Assembly: GCF_001194135.2 (NCBI RefSeq)
Contig: NC_068984.1
Span: 115,716,061 to 115,780,060 of the forward strand
Source of the DNA: Octopus bimaculoides
Taxonomy: Eukaryota
Reading direction: 5' to 3'
DNA: 64,000 nucleotides
Below, piece after piece: positions 1 to 11,769 of this stretch. Made by a program: the position numbers and the translations under genes. The notes under the pieces were generated by a model, which was given only the letters and a program-made list of their open reading frames with translations, ran no database searches and was not told the origin of the DNA. How positions within the stretch are numbered: the first letter of the stretch is position 1; every line of letters begins with the position of its first letter.

Positions 1-47
1 GTCAAGCGGTGGTGGGGTGACAAACATAGACACAATGACACACACAC
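1..47 (-). mobile_element. Partial tail segment of tripartite tRNA-SINE (family A) running into its internal (CA)n
   Basis: GTCAAGCGGTGGTGGGGTGACAAACA matches the minus-strand copy at 46362-46742 and the reverse complement of 29380-29410 and 41857-41890. Confidence 0.6.
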
Positions 48-113
48 ACACGCACACACACGCACGCACGCACACACCCACACACCCACACACCCACACA
101 CCCACACACACAT

Positions 114-232
114 ACACGATGTTGCACTCACGATCAGAGGATCGCGGTTTCAATTCGCGAATCGAGCGGTGCATTGTGTTCTTCAAAAATACATTTTATC
201 TCACGTTGCTCTCGCCTCACTTCGATATTTGA
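114..232 (+). mobile_element. Degenerate tRNA-derived SINE head (family B)
   Basis: GTTGCACTCACGATC...GGTTTCAATTC (B-box-like)...GCATTGTGTTCTT, collinear with copies at 10291 and 38735. Confidence 0.5.
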
Positions 233-611
233 CGTAGAGTGAAGCGAGTACCTTTACAGGCAATGGTGATTCAATGTGAGTGGTGTGGACTAAAGTATAG
301 CACAAACATTTGATCACTATCATCCGTGCATGTTGTTCAGCAAGAAATAACGGAACTTTCACCTGTCTTCTTCGACACGATATACATACATACATACATA
401 CATATGCATATATATATACATATACACTCGCGCACATACACATACACACACATACACGCACACACATACACACGCACGACAAACTTATAAGCGCTGCGTG
501 TGTTGGTATTCTACATAAGTAAAGGAATTCGGGAATGCAGGAAGACTGTGAAGACAGCTTAGAAAACCAAGAAAGTGGCCAGCAAGCAAGCAGGAAAAAG
601 TGGAGGGTTGC

Positions 612-643
<32 letters not shown>

Positions 644-1205
644 TCTGTCTGTCGGGGATCCCTGTATCTCAGTCTACATTTGCTCTACATGGACATATTG
701 TACCTTTTTTGGAATCAGGATTATCCCGTGATTGAAAAGCTGACCTTCATTTGGTTCTTAAACATCCAGCATTGGGATCTGATGTAAGAGCATTTGTGCT
801 GCTATGTCTAGCAGGTAAGGTGACAGTGAGAAGTTTCATACGGTTTACAAGTGTTACCTTCCTTAGCTATAAAAATAATAAACGCGACATATAAGACAAT
901 CACTCAGAATTGTTGGACTTCACCTCATTCAGCAGTTCTTTTTCCATGGTCAGCTCTATGCTTGTTGTTTCAGAATTGGAAATGGCAACAAACTCTTCGT
1001 ACTAACACTAAATGTTAAAAACCAAGATCGTTGTTCATCCTGCTGTTTTACAGTGATCTTCAAATGTCACGGTGATACAAAATTCTCCAAATGTGATACT
1101 ATATGATATAAATCTGAGATGGTAGGATGCCAATAAATAGTTGGAAACCAATAAACAGTCTTGCATCCAGGGCCCAATTAGTCCTCCGCAGGAGCTAGCT
1201 CAAAC

Positions 1206-1235
1206 GCCCGCACGGAGCGCGACTTTTAAGCTAGT
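1206..1235 (+). mobile_element. Possible Helitron 3' terminus
   Basis: Imperfect GC-rich hairpin CCCGCAC-GGA-GCGCGAC followed 7 nt later by CTAG|T (1231-1235). Confidence 0.3.
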
Positions 1236-1875
1236 ATCGTGTAAATCCATGCCTATTGTGAAATGTTCTTAGCTTTAAATTATGTCTCTCTACTTTGATT
1301 GAAGATTCCATTTTGCGAATGGAACGGTAATTCTAAACTATATTGAAAATTAATTTTTATACTAAATATAAGCATGCAAAAAAAAAAAAAAAACACAACA
1401 AAAACAAAAAGAAACACGTTATAAAAGAACATCAGCTTGGGGGACGCGATTGACTGTTCATGTCTTTTTTTTTCCTTTCACGTTTCGTTTAATTATTGGA
1501 AATATTGCAGCTAATTTTAATGACTAGTTTCATTATTTAAATTACATTTTTACCTTATTTTTTATTTACATTATCGCTGCTGTGTTTAATGACACGTGTT
1601 AAAAACTTTTTTGAAGTCAAAAGTGATTAATAAAATGGAATTCCTTCATGTCATTTCTATCTCCATTAAATTACACTGACCAAAACATTTTACCAATATG
1701 AAATATATATCGCTTTTCAATCGACTCCGCTAAAACACAGTTCTTGGTTCCCTGCGGTTTAGATGAATTTTTGCGGTGAGAGAAAGAATAAATTTGATGT
1801 ATTAAACAATATTTTATATACGATCTACATCAATATTTTTGGAAAGAATTCTTTTGCAATTGTTCGCTGTATGGC

Positions 1876-2200
1876 TTCGTTGGCAGGAAACTCGATTTGC
1901 AGCCATGTGGTTTTGGATTTAGTTCCAGCATACGGCACTTTGAACAAGAGCCCCGAGCCGACCAATGCTTTGTAAGTGAAGGAAGTTGGTGGACGGAAAC
2001 TATATAGAAGCCTTTTGTGTGTGTACACACACACACACACACACATATATACACACACATATATGTATATGTATGTGTCCAGTTGACAACAAGGGTTGGT
2101 TTGTTTATAATAGGCTAAATATCAGACTGCGGTGAATTTGTTCGTCTAAACTTGTCAAGGGAATGGGCTGTATGACTGCAGTCTTATGACTGAAACAATT
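1876..2200 (+). mobile_element. Old degenerate tripartite SINE (family A)
   Basis: Head (GGCACTTTGAACAAG...CCGACCAATGCTTTGTAAGTG...GACGGAAACT), central (CA)/(TA) microsatellite and tail (ATGACTGAAACAA) similar to 29095-29550 and 54133-54650. Confidence 0.55.
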
Positions 2201-2563
2201 ATTGATATGAAGGAAAAGAGATATCGAGACAATAACCTCTTGTTTTATAATATATTTCCTATACCCAATCATCGATAGACAACAATATGTGGGTGTGCAA
2301 AAAGTCAGTAATCCAAACGATAGAAAACACTAATAACAGACATAAGGTTCTATTGTACGAGAGAAAAAGAAGAAATTTATATGTGTTTAATAATATTGTA
2401 TTTTCTATGATGAAATTTGAAATGCTGTTCAATGTTTTCTCTGTCTTCCTTGTCATTCAGCATCATTCACGTTTTTGTGAAGGGTGCTGGAATATGCATG
2501 TGACCGACCGATTGTTTATTACTTATGATTACTTGGTAATAAAGTATATATATATAGTTATCG

Positions 2564-2855
2564 CCAAGCCAACATGGCAGTCCCAAAATTAGGACGAAAG
2601 CTGCCGTGAATTAGCTCCAAGAAGCCATCGCCTCTACCTAGCTATGTGACACACGAAACCTGTGTCCTTTATAACCTTCGAACAGGGGAGGTCATCAGTT
2701 TCCCCTTGCTGGTTTGGCATCTGCAGACTAGTTTCAGGGTGTTGCCCCTTGTCAATGCAGAGCAGCCAAGCTCCAGCCAGGAGGTTATAAAGGACACAGG
2801 TTTCGTGTGTCACATAGCTAGCTAGAGGCGATGGCTTCTTGGAGCTAATTCACGG
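2564..2855. repeat. Foldback element: 74-bp near-perfect inverted repeat enclosing a structured spacer
   Basis: 2604-2677 equals the reverse complement of 2782-2855 with 1 mismatch; spacer holds hairpins 2684-2706 and 2708-2777; right arm ends at an N gap. Confidence 0.7.
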
Positions 2856-3612
2856 NNNNNNNNNNNNNNNNNNNNNNNNNNNNNNNNNNNNNNNNNNNNN
2901 NNNNNNNNNNNNNNNNNNNNNNNNNNNNNNNNNNNNNNNNNNNNNNNNNNNNNNNNNNNNNNNNNNNNNTATATATATATATATATATATATATGCAAAA
3001 AATAATGATAAAAAAGGATCAAGCAGTTGTGTATGGCATCAAAGCATTTTGATGTGTTATACAAATATGCATGTTAATATAATTAAACAAAAAGTAGGAA
3101 GATGTTAGTCCAAAGAAATTATAAGCGAAAATACAATACAGAAGAAAGAAGAAAATTGGAGGTTGCGCTTTACTGCTGTTTCAATGAATCGGTCACAAAT
3201 GGATGCAGTAATGTGCATGTGTTCTACGTCTTTTGACATATCATTACCCAATCCTTAACTCTCGCCACCCCATCCCACCTCACACATCTACGCATTCCCC
3301 CATATCACACGGTATTCACGCCAAAGAGCACACACAATGCACATGCACACAATACACCTGAACAATACACGCACAATGCACACACACATAAACACACACA
3401 CAACAGGCAACATACATACATCTTTAGCACACAATCATACACATACACACATACACATGTGCACATACCACCCGAACAACCACAAATCAAGTGCTACATT
3501 TTTATATCCTAGACAAACGTTGGATATATAATTTAACGAAGCTGAGGTAAAATCAATGTTTTCACACGACATACTTCGCGAGACTCCAAAACGTCCTCTC
3601 AACGACTACTAC

Positions 3613-3704
3613 CTCTCGTCTCAACCAATACGCTACTCTTTGTAAGAGTTCGGCTAGTCCATTCTCCCAATCCCCCATGAGTATCAATGACTCTCGCCGC
3701 AACA
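3613..3704 (-). mobile_element. 3' LTR (5' portion) of Ty3/Gypsy element
   Basis: Begins TGTTG on minus strand directly after a PPT; 82/92 identical to 4943-5034. Confidence 0.75.
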
Positions 3705-3720
3705 TCTCCCCCTTCCCTTT
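3705..3720 (-). other. Polypurine tract (PPT)
   Basis: Minus strand AAAGGGAAGGGGGAGA immediately precedes TG of the LTR and follows the integrase C-terminus. Confidence 0.75.
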
Positions 3721-3833
3721 GAGATCGACTTTCGTTGCAAGTTAATATTATTTTTATTTATTTTTCTTTCATCACAATCTCCCTTTTTGGGATTTTCCTC
3801 CTAGGGAAGTTTAATATTTCTTCCGCTTAAGCA

Positions 3834-4877
3834 TTACTCCCAACCGTTCTGTTTGTTTCTTCTTTCTTGTGTTGCTACGCCTATGTTCGATTTCTGGTGG
3901 TGTTGGAACATCAAACGTGTCGTAGAACACTTCCATGGGTATCTACTTTCTTTTTTTTCTTCTGTATATCTATTTTTTAGCTGGTTTAAATGTTTTTTGT
4001 GTTGCCATTTCCGCTTCTTATCATACATGTCATTTTGCCTATTCTCTTTGTCACTACTCCTTCTTTCCCAACTTTGTCTTCCATTTTTATATATTTTGAA
4101 AAACACTTTGTCACCGATATTCAAATGCTTTGTCGTATTTTTAGTGTTGTCCCTATTTATTTTTCTCACAGGTAACAATTTGTCAAAAATTGACTTTATT
4201 TTTCGATTACACATTAGTACTGCAGGCGACTTGCCTGAAAAAGTGTTTGGGTTTGGTATTATCCTATAAACCCTCAAGAATTGTATCGATACTATTGACT
4301 AGTTCGTTTCTTGATTTCTTTAACGCTTTTTTAAATGTATCCATGAACCTTTCCACTTGCCCGTTTGATCTTGGGTGATATGTTCAATTGAGTACATCTT
4401 GCAAAAAATTCTTAAATTCATTCGCCGTGAATTGTGTACCGTTATCGGAGACTATGGCATCCGGGACACCATATCTAGCAAAAAGTTTGCGTAGAAATTC
4501 CACTGTTACCGTGGATGTCGGTTTTCTACATTAACACATTTCTAGCCATTTTGTAAAGGTATCTGCTACTATTAGATAATATGATCGGTTTAACGGTCCT
4601 CCGAAGCCTATGAGTAGTCTGGACCATGGAATATCGGTCTTGGGCCAATATTGAAATTTTATAGGTGGTGATTTCGCTGCAAGAGCACAACCTCTGCAGG
4701 ATTTTACCAACTTCTCAATATCTAGATCTATTTTTGGCCAGTAAAAATAACTCCTCATAAGCAACTTCATTCTAGAAATACCTGGATGTCCAGTGTGGAA
4801 ACCCTTAACATTCGACCTTGTAGTGAGGTAGGCATTACGACCCTCTGTGCATACATAAGCACATTATCACATGTCGA
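3834..4877 (-). pseudogene. pol: Ty3/Gypsy (Mag/K02A2.6-like) integrase, frameshifted
   Basis: H2C2 finger (FHTGHPGISRMK...YWPKIDLDIEKLVKSCRGC), RLLIGFGGP (first catalytic D replaced by G), IVSDNGTQF, YHPRSNGQVERFMDTFK, KSPAVLM, HLNQLKNRY; several frameshifts. Confidence 0.92.
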
Positions 4878-4878
4878 A

Positions 4879-5034
4879 TGCGTTACGTCCAGCTACAGGT
4901 ATTTTTTTATTTGTTTCTTCTGATCTCACTATTTCTTCTGATCTCTCGTCTCAACCAATACACTACTCTTTATAAGAGTTCGGCTTGTCCAATCTTCCAA
5001 TCCCCCAGGGGTGTCAATGACTCTCGTCACAACA
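4879..5034 (-). mobile_element. 5' (or solo) LTR, about 155 bp
   Basis: Minus strand TGTTGTGACG...AATAAA...GTAACGCA; first 92 bp shared with 3613-3704. Confidence 0.6.
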
Positions 5035-5474
5035 TACACATAAGCGTTTGTACTCGCACACACACACCCACCCACACACATAATCCACCCACACACATAC
5101 ACCCACCCACACACATACATCCACCCACACACATACACCCACCCACACACATACACACACAATATAGCCTCACACAATATACAGCCGTCAATATGCAGAC
5201 ACAAGTGCACACACAAATACACGAAACGCACATCACTCCACACAAACATTATTAGGTTACTTGTACACATACATACACACAGTCCCATGCATACTCGCAC
5301 ACACCATTCTCCCTTACACACACGCGTTGCTCACCCTAGTTCGGCCGAGTTACCGTTATTATCTCCCACTCACTCAGCCTCTTCCTTCTGGCCATTTCAT
5401 CATGTTTAACTGTTATTTCCTACACATTCTCTGCCCACTCTTTTTCGTTCTCTCTCCATTTATTCCTCTCAATC

Positions 5475-5607
5475 AGTTCTTTCGAAGAGAGCAGGCTCGA
5501 AACATGAAAGACTTTCCCATTCTTCCCGAGCGTTAAACTAATACACCTACATGTTGTTCCCTCACCTGTCTTCGTCTTTTGTTTTCTGTAAATTTTAACT
5601 ATATATA
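5475..5607 (+). mobile_element. Penelope-type 3' end with degenerate minimal hammerhead motif
   Basis: TCGAAGA-GAG-CAGG-CTC-GAAAC-ATG flanked by pairing arms AGTTCTT/AAAGACT, then a T-rich tail ending in (TA)n. Confidence 0.55.
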
Positions 5608-5791
5608 NNNNNNNNNNNNNNNNNNNNNNNNNNNNNNNNNNNNNNNNNNNNNNNNNNNNNNNNNNNNNNNNNNNNNNNNNNNNNNNNNNNNNNNNNNNNN
5701 NNNNNNNNNNNNNNNNNNNNNNNNNNNNNNNNNNNNNNNNNNNNNNNNNNNNNNNNNNNNNNNNNNNNNNNNNNNNNNNNNNNNNNNNNNA

Positions 5792-5824
<33 letters not shown>

Positions 5825-6101
5825 ATGTATATATGTATATATATATGTGTGTGTATATATATATGTACATATATGTATATATAATATATATACATACATA
5901 CATACATATACATGCGTACATATATGAACATGTCTCTACACATACATCCATATATACACACACACATTTGTTCTGTACAAATGGCGACTGTTCATCGGTT
6001 TCTATTACAGTAATTATACATTCATGACTTGTTATTTTTGTGTACTTTATAATTTGTGTCAAACAAAATACAGATATGTGAATGTGGGTGAGTACATACG
6101 C

Positions 6102-6167
<66 letters not shown>

Positions 6168-8010
6168 CAATCTGACTACAAATTTCGCCGATGACGGAGC
6201 ACGAGATTGTTATTAGCCATGATAATTATACACCAGCTTTTACATTAGTTTCCAGAAACTAATACAAATGACCGTAGTTAAGTAACTTACTTTTAATTTC
6301 ACTCAGTTTTCATATCTAATTTTTTAATACATGTGAATATTTTTGAATGTATTTCGAAATTAAACATTTTAGTAGAACTTCATCTGTAACTGGTTGCACA
6401 ATCTCTCTATAAGAAATATTGTTATTTTTTTCCGAGATATTTTGATTTATGTTTCAAGAATATCTCTTTATTTGTGTATAGCACTTGCAATAACATTCGA
6501 TTTTACCTTTCAGTTGTAATGGAAATACTTTACTTGTCTTACGATTAAAATCTTTATTGATTAATAATTTCCTCGAGATAAAGTTGGCAGACATTCAGAT
6601 TTACGTCTATTTATTAATATCAGTTGGAGTGGTCGCTGTGTAGCATGTATTTAAGTACCCTACATGTTATTCCGTACAAATTCTGCACCCAAGTCGATCG
6701 GTCAAGAAGAGAATATGCACTTCTGCCTCTCTTACTACAAGCTTCACAGAAGACAACACTGAGAATTGGTTATATATTACGGTTCATCCGATATCTAAGA
6801 ATGCTTTTTATATATCTCTGGAATACCTTTGTTTGTGTGGACAGAATTGTAAAACGAGAGAAATAGGACTACTTGTACATGCAATTATTTTGATAAATAC
6901 GTACATCTACTCCACATCATGAAAAAGTAATTACATTTTCTTAATTTCTGATTTTCTCAGTGGTTTAAACGAGATCGTATAAATATATATTGACTGCATT
7001 GTATTAGTTGTTTTCTAGCAGCACTGGGGTGAGAGTAAAGGGTGATGGTAAGCTATAGGGCTAATATTTCTTCAGATTTCTTTTTTCAGGTCTAAGATGG
7101 CTAATAATTTGTTATATTCATTAGAGAATAAATTGTGAAATATGTTCCTTATATGTATATGTACGTGTATACAAATATGCTTGCGTGTGTGCATTTTCAT
7201 ACATATATACATACATATATACGTATATATGCATATACGTATATNNNNNNNNNNNNNNNNNNNNNNNNNNNNNNNNNNNNNNNNNNNNNNNNNNNNNNNN
7301 NNNNNNNNNNNNNNNNNNNNNNNNNNNNNNNNNNNNNNNNNNNNNNNNNNNNNNNNNNNNNNNNNNNNNNNNNNNNNNNNNNNNNNNNNNNNNNNNNNNN
7401 NNNNNNNNNNNNNNNNNNNNNNNNNNNNNNNNNNNNNNNNNNNNNNNNNNNNNNNNNNNNNNNNNNNNNNNNNNNNNNNNNNNNNNNNNNNNNNNNNNNN
7501 NNNNNNNNNNNNNNNNNNNNNNNNNNNNNNNNNNNNNNNNNNNNNNNNNNNNNNNNNNNNNNNNNNNNNNNNNNNNNNNNNNNNNNNNNNNNNNNNNNNN
7601 NNNNNNNNNNNNNNNNNNNNNNNNNNNNNNNNNNNNNNNNNNNNNNNNNNNNNNNNNNNNNNNNNNNNNNNNNNNNNNNNNNNNNNNNNNNNNNNNNNNN
7701 NNNNNNNNNNNNNNNNNNNNNNNNNNNNNNNNNNNNNNNNNNNNNNNNNNNNNNNNNNNNNNNNNNNNNNNNNNNNNNNNNNNNNNNNNNNNNNNNNNNN
7801 NNNNNNNNNNNACACACACATTTTGTAGGTTAGAGACAGGTGTTCTCTATATAGAAAACACCTCGAAATGCTGAGCCGGTAGATGAATAAATGTAATGAG
7901 AAGTTAGGCAAGTCGATTTACACAAAATATTAAATACATTTAATAGCAAAATATGTACATGTGTATGGATATAAAATAATCCAACTTACAGAATATAAAT
8001 GATGTAAGGT

Positions 8011-8282
8011 GTTAAATGGGTCGAGATGTACGAGTCCAACAGCTGTTTCTGGAAGCTTGGTGGTTCGGAATAATGATAATTACTTGGATCCATTATCGGA
8101 TAACATTGCCTCCGTCTTCAGCGTAGAATTTTACATTGGAAACGGAGCTGTGTGGTTGGAAGAATTTTACACTGAATATGGAGGTGGTGTTATCCGTTAA
8201 TGGATCCAAATAACTATCATTATTCCGGAGCACCGAGCCCTCAGAAACAGCTGTTGGACTCGTAAAACTCTACCCATTCAAC
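8011..8282. mobile_element. MITE/foldback element with ~120-bp imperfect inverted arms
   Basis: 8011-8130 pairs with 8162-8282 (e.g. TACGAGTCCAACAGCTGTTTCTG / CAGAAACAGCTGTTGGACTCGTA), about 80-85% identity by eye. Confidence 0.8.
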
Positions 8283-9916
8283 TTCTGATATAATTTATAT
8301 TCTGTAAGACGGACTATTTTATATCCATACACATGCAAATTTTTTCTATTAAATGTAGGTTATACTCTGTGTAAATCGACTATCCTAACATTTCTCATTA
8401 CATTTACTCATATATATATATATATATANNNNNNNNNNNNNNNNNNNNNNNNNNNNNNNNNNNNNNNNNNNNNNNNNNNNNNNNNNNNNNNNNNNNNNNN
8501 NNNNNNNNNNNNNNNNNNNNNNNNNNNNNNNNNNNNNNNNNNNNNNNNNNNNNNNNNNNNNNNNNNNNNNNNNNNNNNNNNNNNNNNNNNNNNNNNNNNN
8601 NNNNNNNNNNNNNNNNNNNNNNNNNNNNNNNNNNNNNNNNNNNNNNNNNNNNNNNNNNNNNNNNNNNNNNNNNNNNNNNNNNNNNNNNNNNNNNNNNNNN
8701 NNNNNNNNNNNNNNNNNNNNNNNNNNNNNNNNNNNNNNNNNNNNNNNNNNNNNNNNNNNNNNNNNNNNNNNNNNNNNNNNNNNNNNNNNNNNNNNNNNNN
8801 NNNNNNNNNNNNNNNNNNNNNNNNNNNNNNNNNNNNNNNNNNNNNNNNNNNNNNNNNNNNNNNNNNNNNNNNNNNNNNNNNNNNNNNNNNNNNNNNNNNN
8901 NNNNNNNNNNNNNNNNNNNNNNNNNNNNNNNNNNNNNNNNNNNNNNNNNNNNNNNNNNNNNNNNNNNNNNNNNNNNNNNNNNNNNNNNNNNNNNNNNNNN
9001 NNNNNNNNNNNNNNNNNNNNNNNNNNNNNNNNNNNNNNNNNNNNNNNNNNNNNNNNNNNNNNNNNNNNNNNNNNNNNNNNNNNNNNNNNNNNNNNNNNNN
9101 NNNNNNNNNNNNNNNNNNNNNNNNNNNNNNNNNNNNNNNNNNNNNNNNNNNNNNNCATATTTGTCTGCATACTGCAGTTTTATAAATCTATTGTTCCCTT
9201 CTTTCTTTTCTTGAGACTATGAAGCAAACATTCATTTCATATCGGTTTCTTTTGTGAATTTTAAATGAGAACCTTTTGAGGACGATCTACTTTCCTTTTT
9301 TAATATTATCTACCTCATATTTTCATACAATACTGATGATTATAGGAAGAAGCAACACAAATGGACGACCTCTGTTGGATATCGGCATGATTTCCTCTCT
9401 GTGTCGTCCTTACAATAAAAATGGCGATTTAATGTCTAGGATTGTCCGCTGTTTGTATCAATTAATAATAGAAGTTATGAAATAGAAATACTGTATGTGT
9501 GTGGTGGGTGACGTCTATTCTATACCGTTGTATGTGATTGACGATCGATGCAACATTGTGATGACTAGGAACTCAGAAATAGCTGTCACTTGGTTAAAAA
9601 GCTTGCTTTGCAACTGCAGTTCTGAGATCGATCTACTGCGACGGCGTTATGCTTAAGTGTCCAATCGAGGAATGCGTCAGATTTAATAATGACATGTGAT
9701 TGAAAAGTGAAGCGGAAACAGTATGGAACATCGTAGATCCTCCACTGATGTTTTCAACTTCGAAATTATGCTTTGTTTCGAATAAGGATGTGTGTGTGCG
9801 CGTTTGTGTGTATGTGTGTCTATGTGTATCTCTGTGTTTATGTATGCATGTATGTATGCATGCATACGTGCATGTCTGTATGTATGTATGTATGTATGTA
9901 TGTATGTATCCGTTTG

Positions 9917-9977
<61 letters not shown>

Positions 9978-10290
9978 GAATTGTTTTGGACGACCATCTA
10001 AATTAATTATCAAAGACATTCCTACTTATCCCACTCAACCTTTTCACACGCTGTGTAAATACATTATTATCCAATGTGTTATTCGATGGTTTTAAGAGAG
10101 CGACGTGTGATTTGAGGAAGGTCTAGTTGCTTTTTTTCGTAGTTCGAAATGTATTGAGATATGTTGTTGTATGATCTGTGATAGGGTTTGGTGCTGTGTT
10201 TTGTGGACCATTGTGTAGATTCTACACTGCTACTATAGACGATATCTAATGTAGATGTATTTATTGTTCAGTATGACATCTTCTGTCTTA

Positions 10291-10510
10291 GTGGCTTAGT
10301 GGTTAGGGTGTTGCATGATCGAAAGATTATGGTTTCGATTCCTAGAGCAGGAGATGCGTTTTATTTTCGAACAAAAGACTTCAATTCACTTTGCTGCATT
10401 CCACTTCGCTGACCAAAAACGAGTAATCTTACGACGGAGTGGCGTCCCGTCTAGGATGGGTAGGAGGATCTATACCCCACAAAATCTTGGAAACCGGCCT
10501 TATGAGCCTA
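10291..10510 (+). mobile_element. tRNA-derived SINE (family B)
   Basis: A box TGGCTTAGTGG (10292-10302), B box GGTTTCGATTCC (10331-10342); homologous to 38735-38890. Confidence 0.75.
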
Positions 10511-10622
10511 TTGTTCGGGAAGGACCTTTGATCCGTTTCTTTTTGATGGCATCTTGTGGTAATAAGTTACGTGGGCATGAAGCTGTATCGTGTCCGGAAA
10601 TATGGAGTGTTATGTGTGAATG

Positions 10623-10785
10623 AGGATAGCCTAATTATAAGAGTGTTCGGTTCACGATCATAAGTTTGTGCGATCAATTCCTGGACCTGTCGTTGCATTG
10701 TGTCCTTAATCTAGGCACTTCATTTCAAGTTACTCCTATCTACCCAGCTGTAAATGAATACCAGCCAAGTGCTGGTGCTGCTCTC
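10623..10785 (+). mobile_element. Degenerate tRNA-derived SINE with CORE-like body
   Basis: Decayed A/B boxes then TTGTGTCCTT...GGCACTT...ACCCAGCTGTAAATG motif. Confidence 0.5.
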
Positions 10786-10999
10786 TCTGTCTCTCTCCTA
10801 TGCTCCAGCTTTCACATTATGGACGTGTCACTGGACCAGGAGTGATAGGTACTGAGAAGGTATTTACATTTACTCGCCAAAATACAGATATTACAATTAG
10901 AAAAAGCGAAAGATATTACCATGCCATACTCACGAGTGGTGGCTGGCTGTACTCTTTATGCGATATGTTATTACTGAATATTATGGAAATAAATACAAG

Positions 11000-11170
11000 G
11001 TAGCGAGCTGGCAGAATCGTTAGCATGCCGGGCGAAATGCTTAATCTGAGTTCATATTCCGCCGAGGTCGACTTTGCCTTTCACCTTCTCGCGGTCGAAA
11101 AGTACTAGGACTAATGTAATCGACTTACCTCCTCTGAAAATTTGCTGGCCTTGTGCTAAAATTTTAAATC
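11000..11170 (+). mobile_element. SINE family C (GCGAGCTGGCAGAATCGTTAGC head)
   Basis: CTGAGTTCATATTCCGCCGAGGTCGACTTTGCCTTTCA...TGTAATCGACTTAC...GGCCTTGTGC, shared with many copies in this window. Confidence 0.75.
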
Positions 11171-11658
11171 ATTATGTTGATAAATACATAGATGCTGTAT
11201 GATGCGATGAATATCTGTTATATATTTCACCGATGTTTATCTTGCATGTCACGACGTAAGACTAAGATTTTATTAGATAGGATACTAGAATCGAAAGCAA
11301 ATTTCCAAACCAATGAAGTGCTCAACTACATTATAGTTCTTTTGATACTGTAGTATCGATATATTGCTATACATGCCCACTGAATTATTCAAATGTATTA
11401 ATAAATATCTTTGTTAGAGATACAGTATAGCTGAATTGTTTATTGATACGGACTATGAAGCTTCTAAATGGTTGCTCAGCATTCAAGCAACACAAACACT
11501 CGTATTGTGTGTGCGCGCGCGCGCGCGTATGTGTGTAGCATATTTTACTCTAGTAGACGTCGGATAAAGTGCAATAGGAAATGGTTTAGTCAATTAAACT
11601 ATAGACTTTAAACTGAAACTGATGTGTGAAATTTTGTACGTCAGGTTGTAAGGTTTGA

Positions 11659-11689
<31 letters not shown>

Positions 11690-11721
11690 AATAAACTCAT
11701 TCATACGTACGAACACACACA

Positions 11722-11769
<48 letters not shown>

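Noticed and set aside
2660-2780. Hammerhead or HDV-like ribozyme in the foldback spacer
   Set aside because: Minus-strand CTGATGA is followed by C and lacks GAAA; no P1/P3/L3 nested pseudoknot pattern found by eye.
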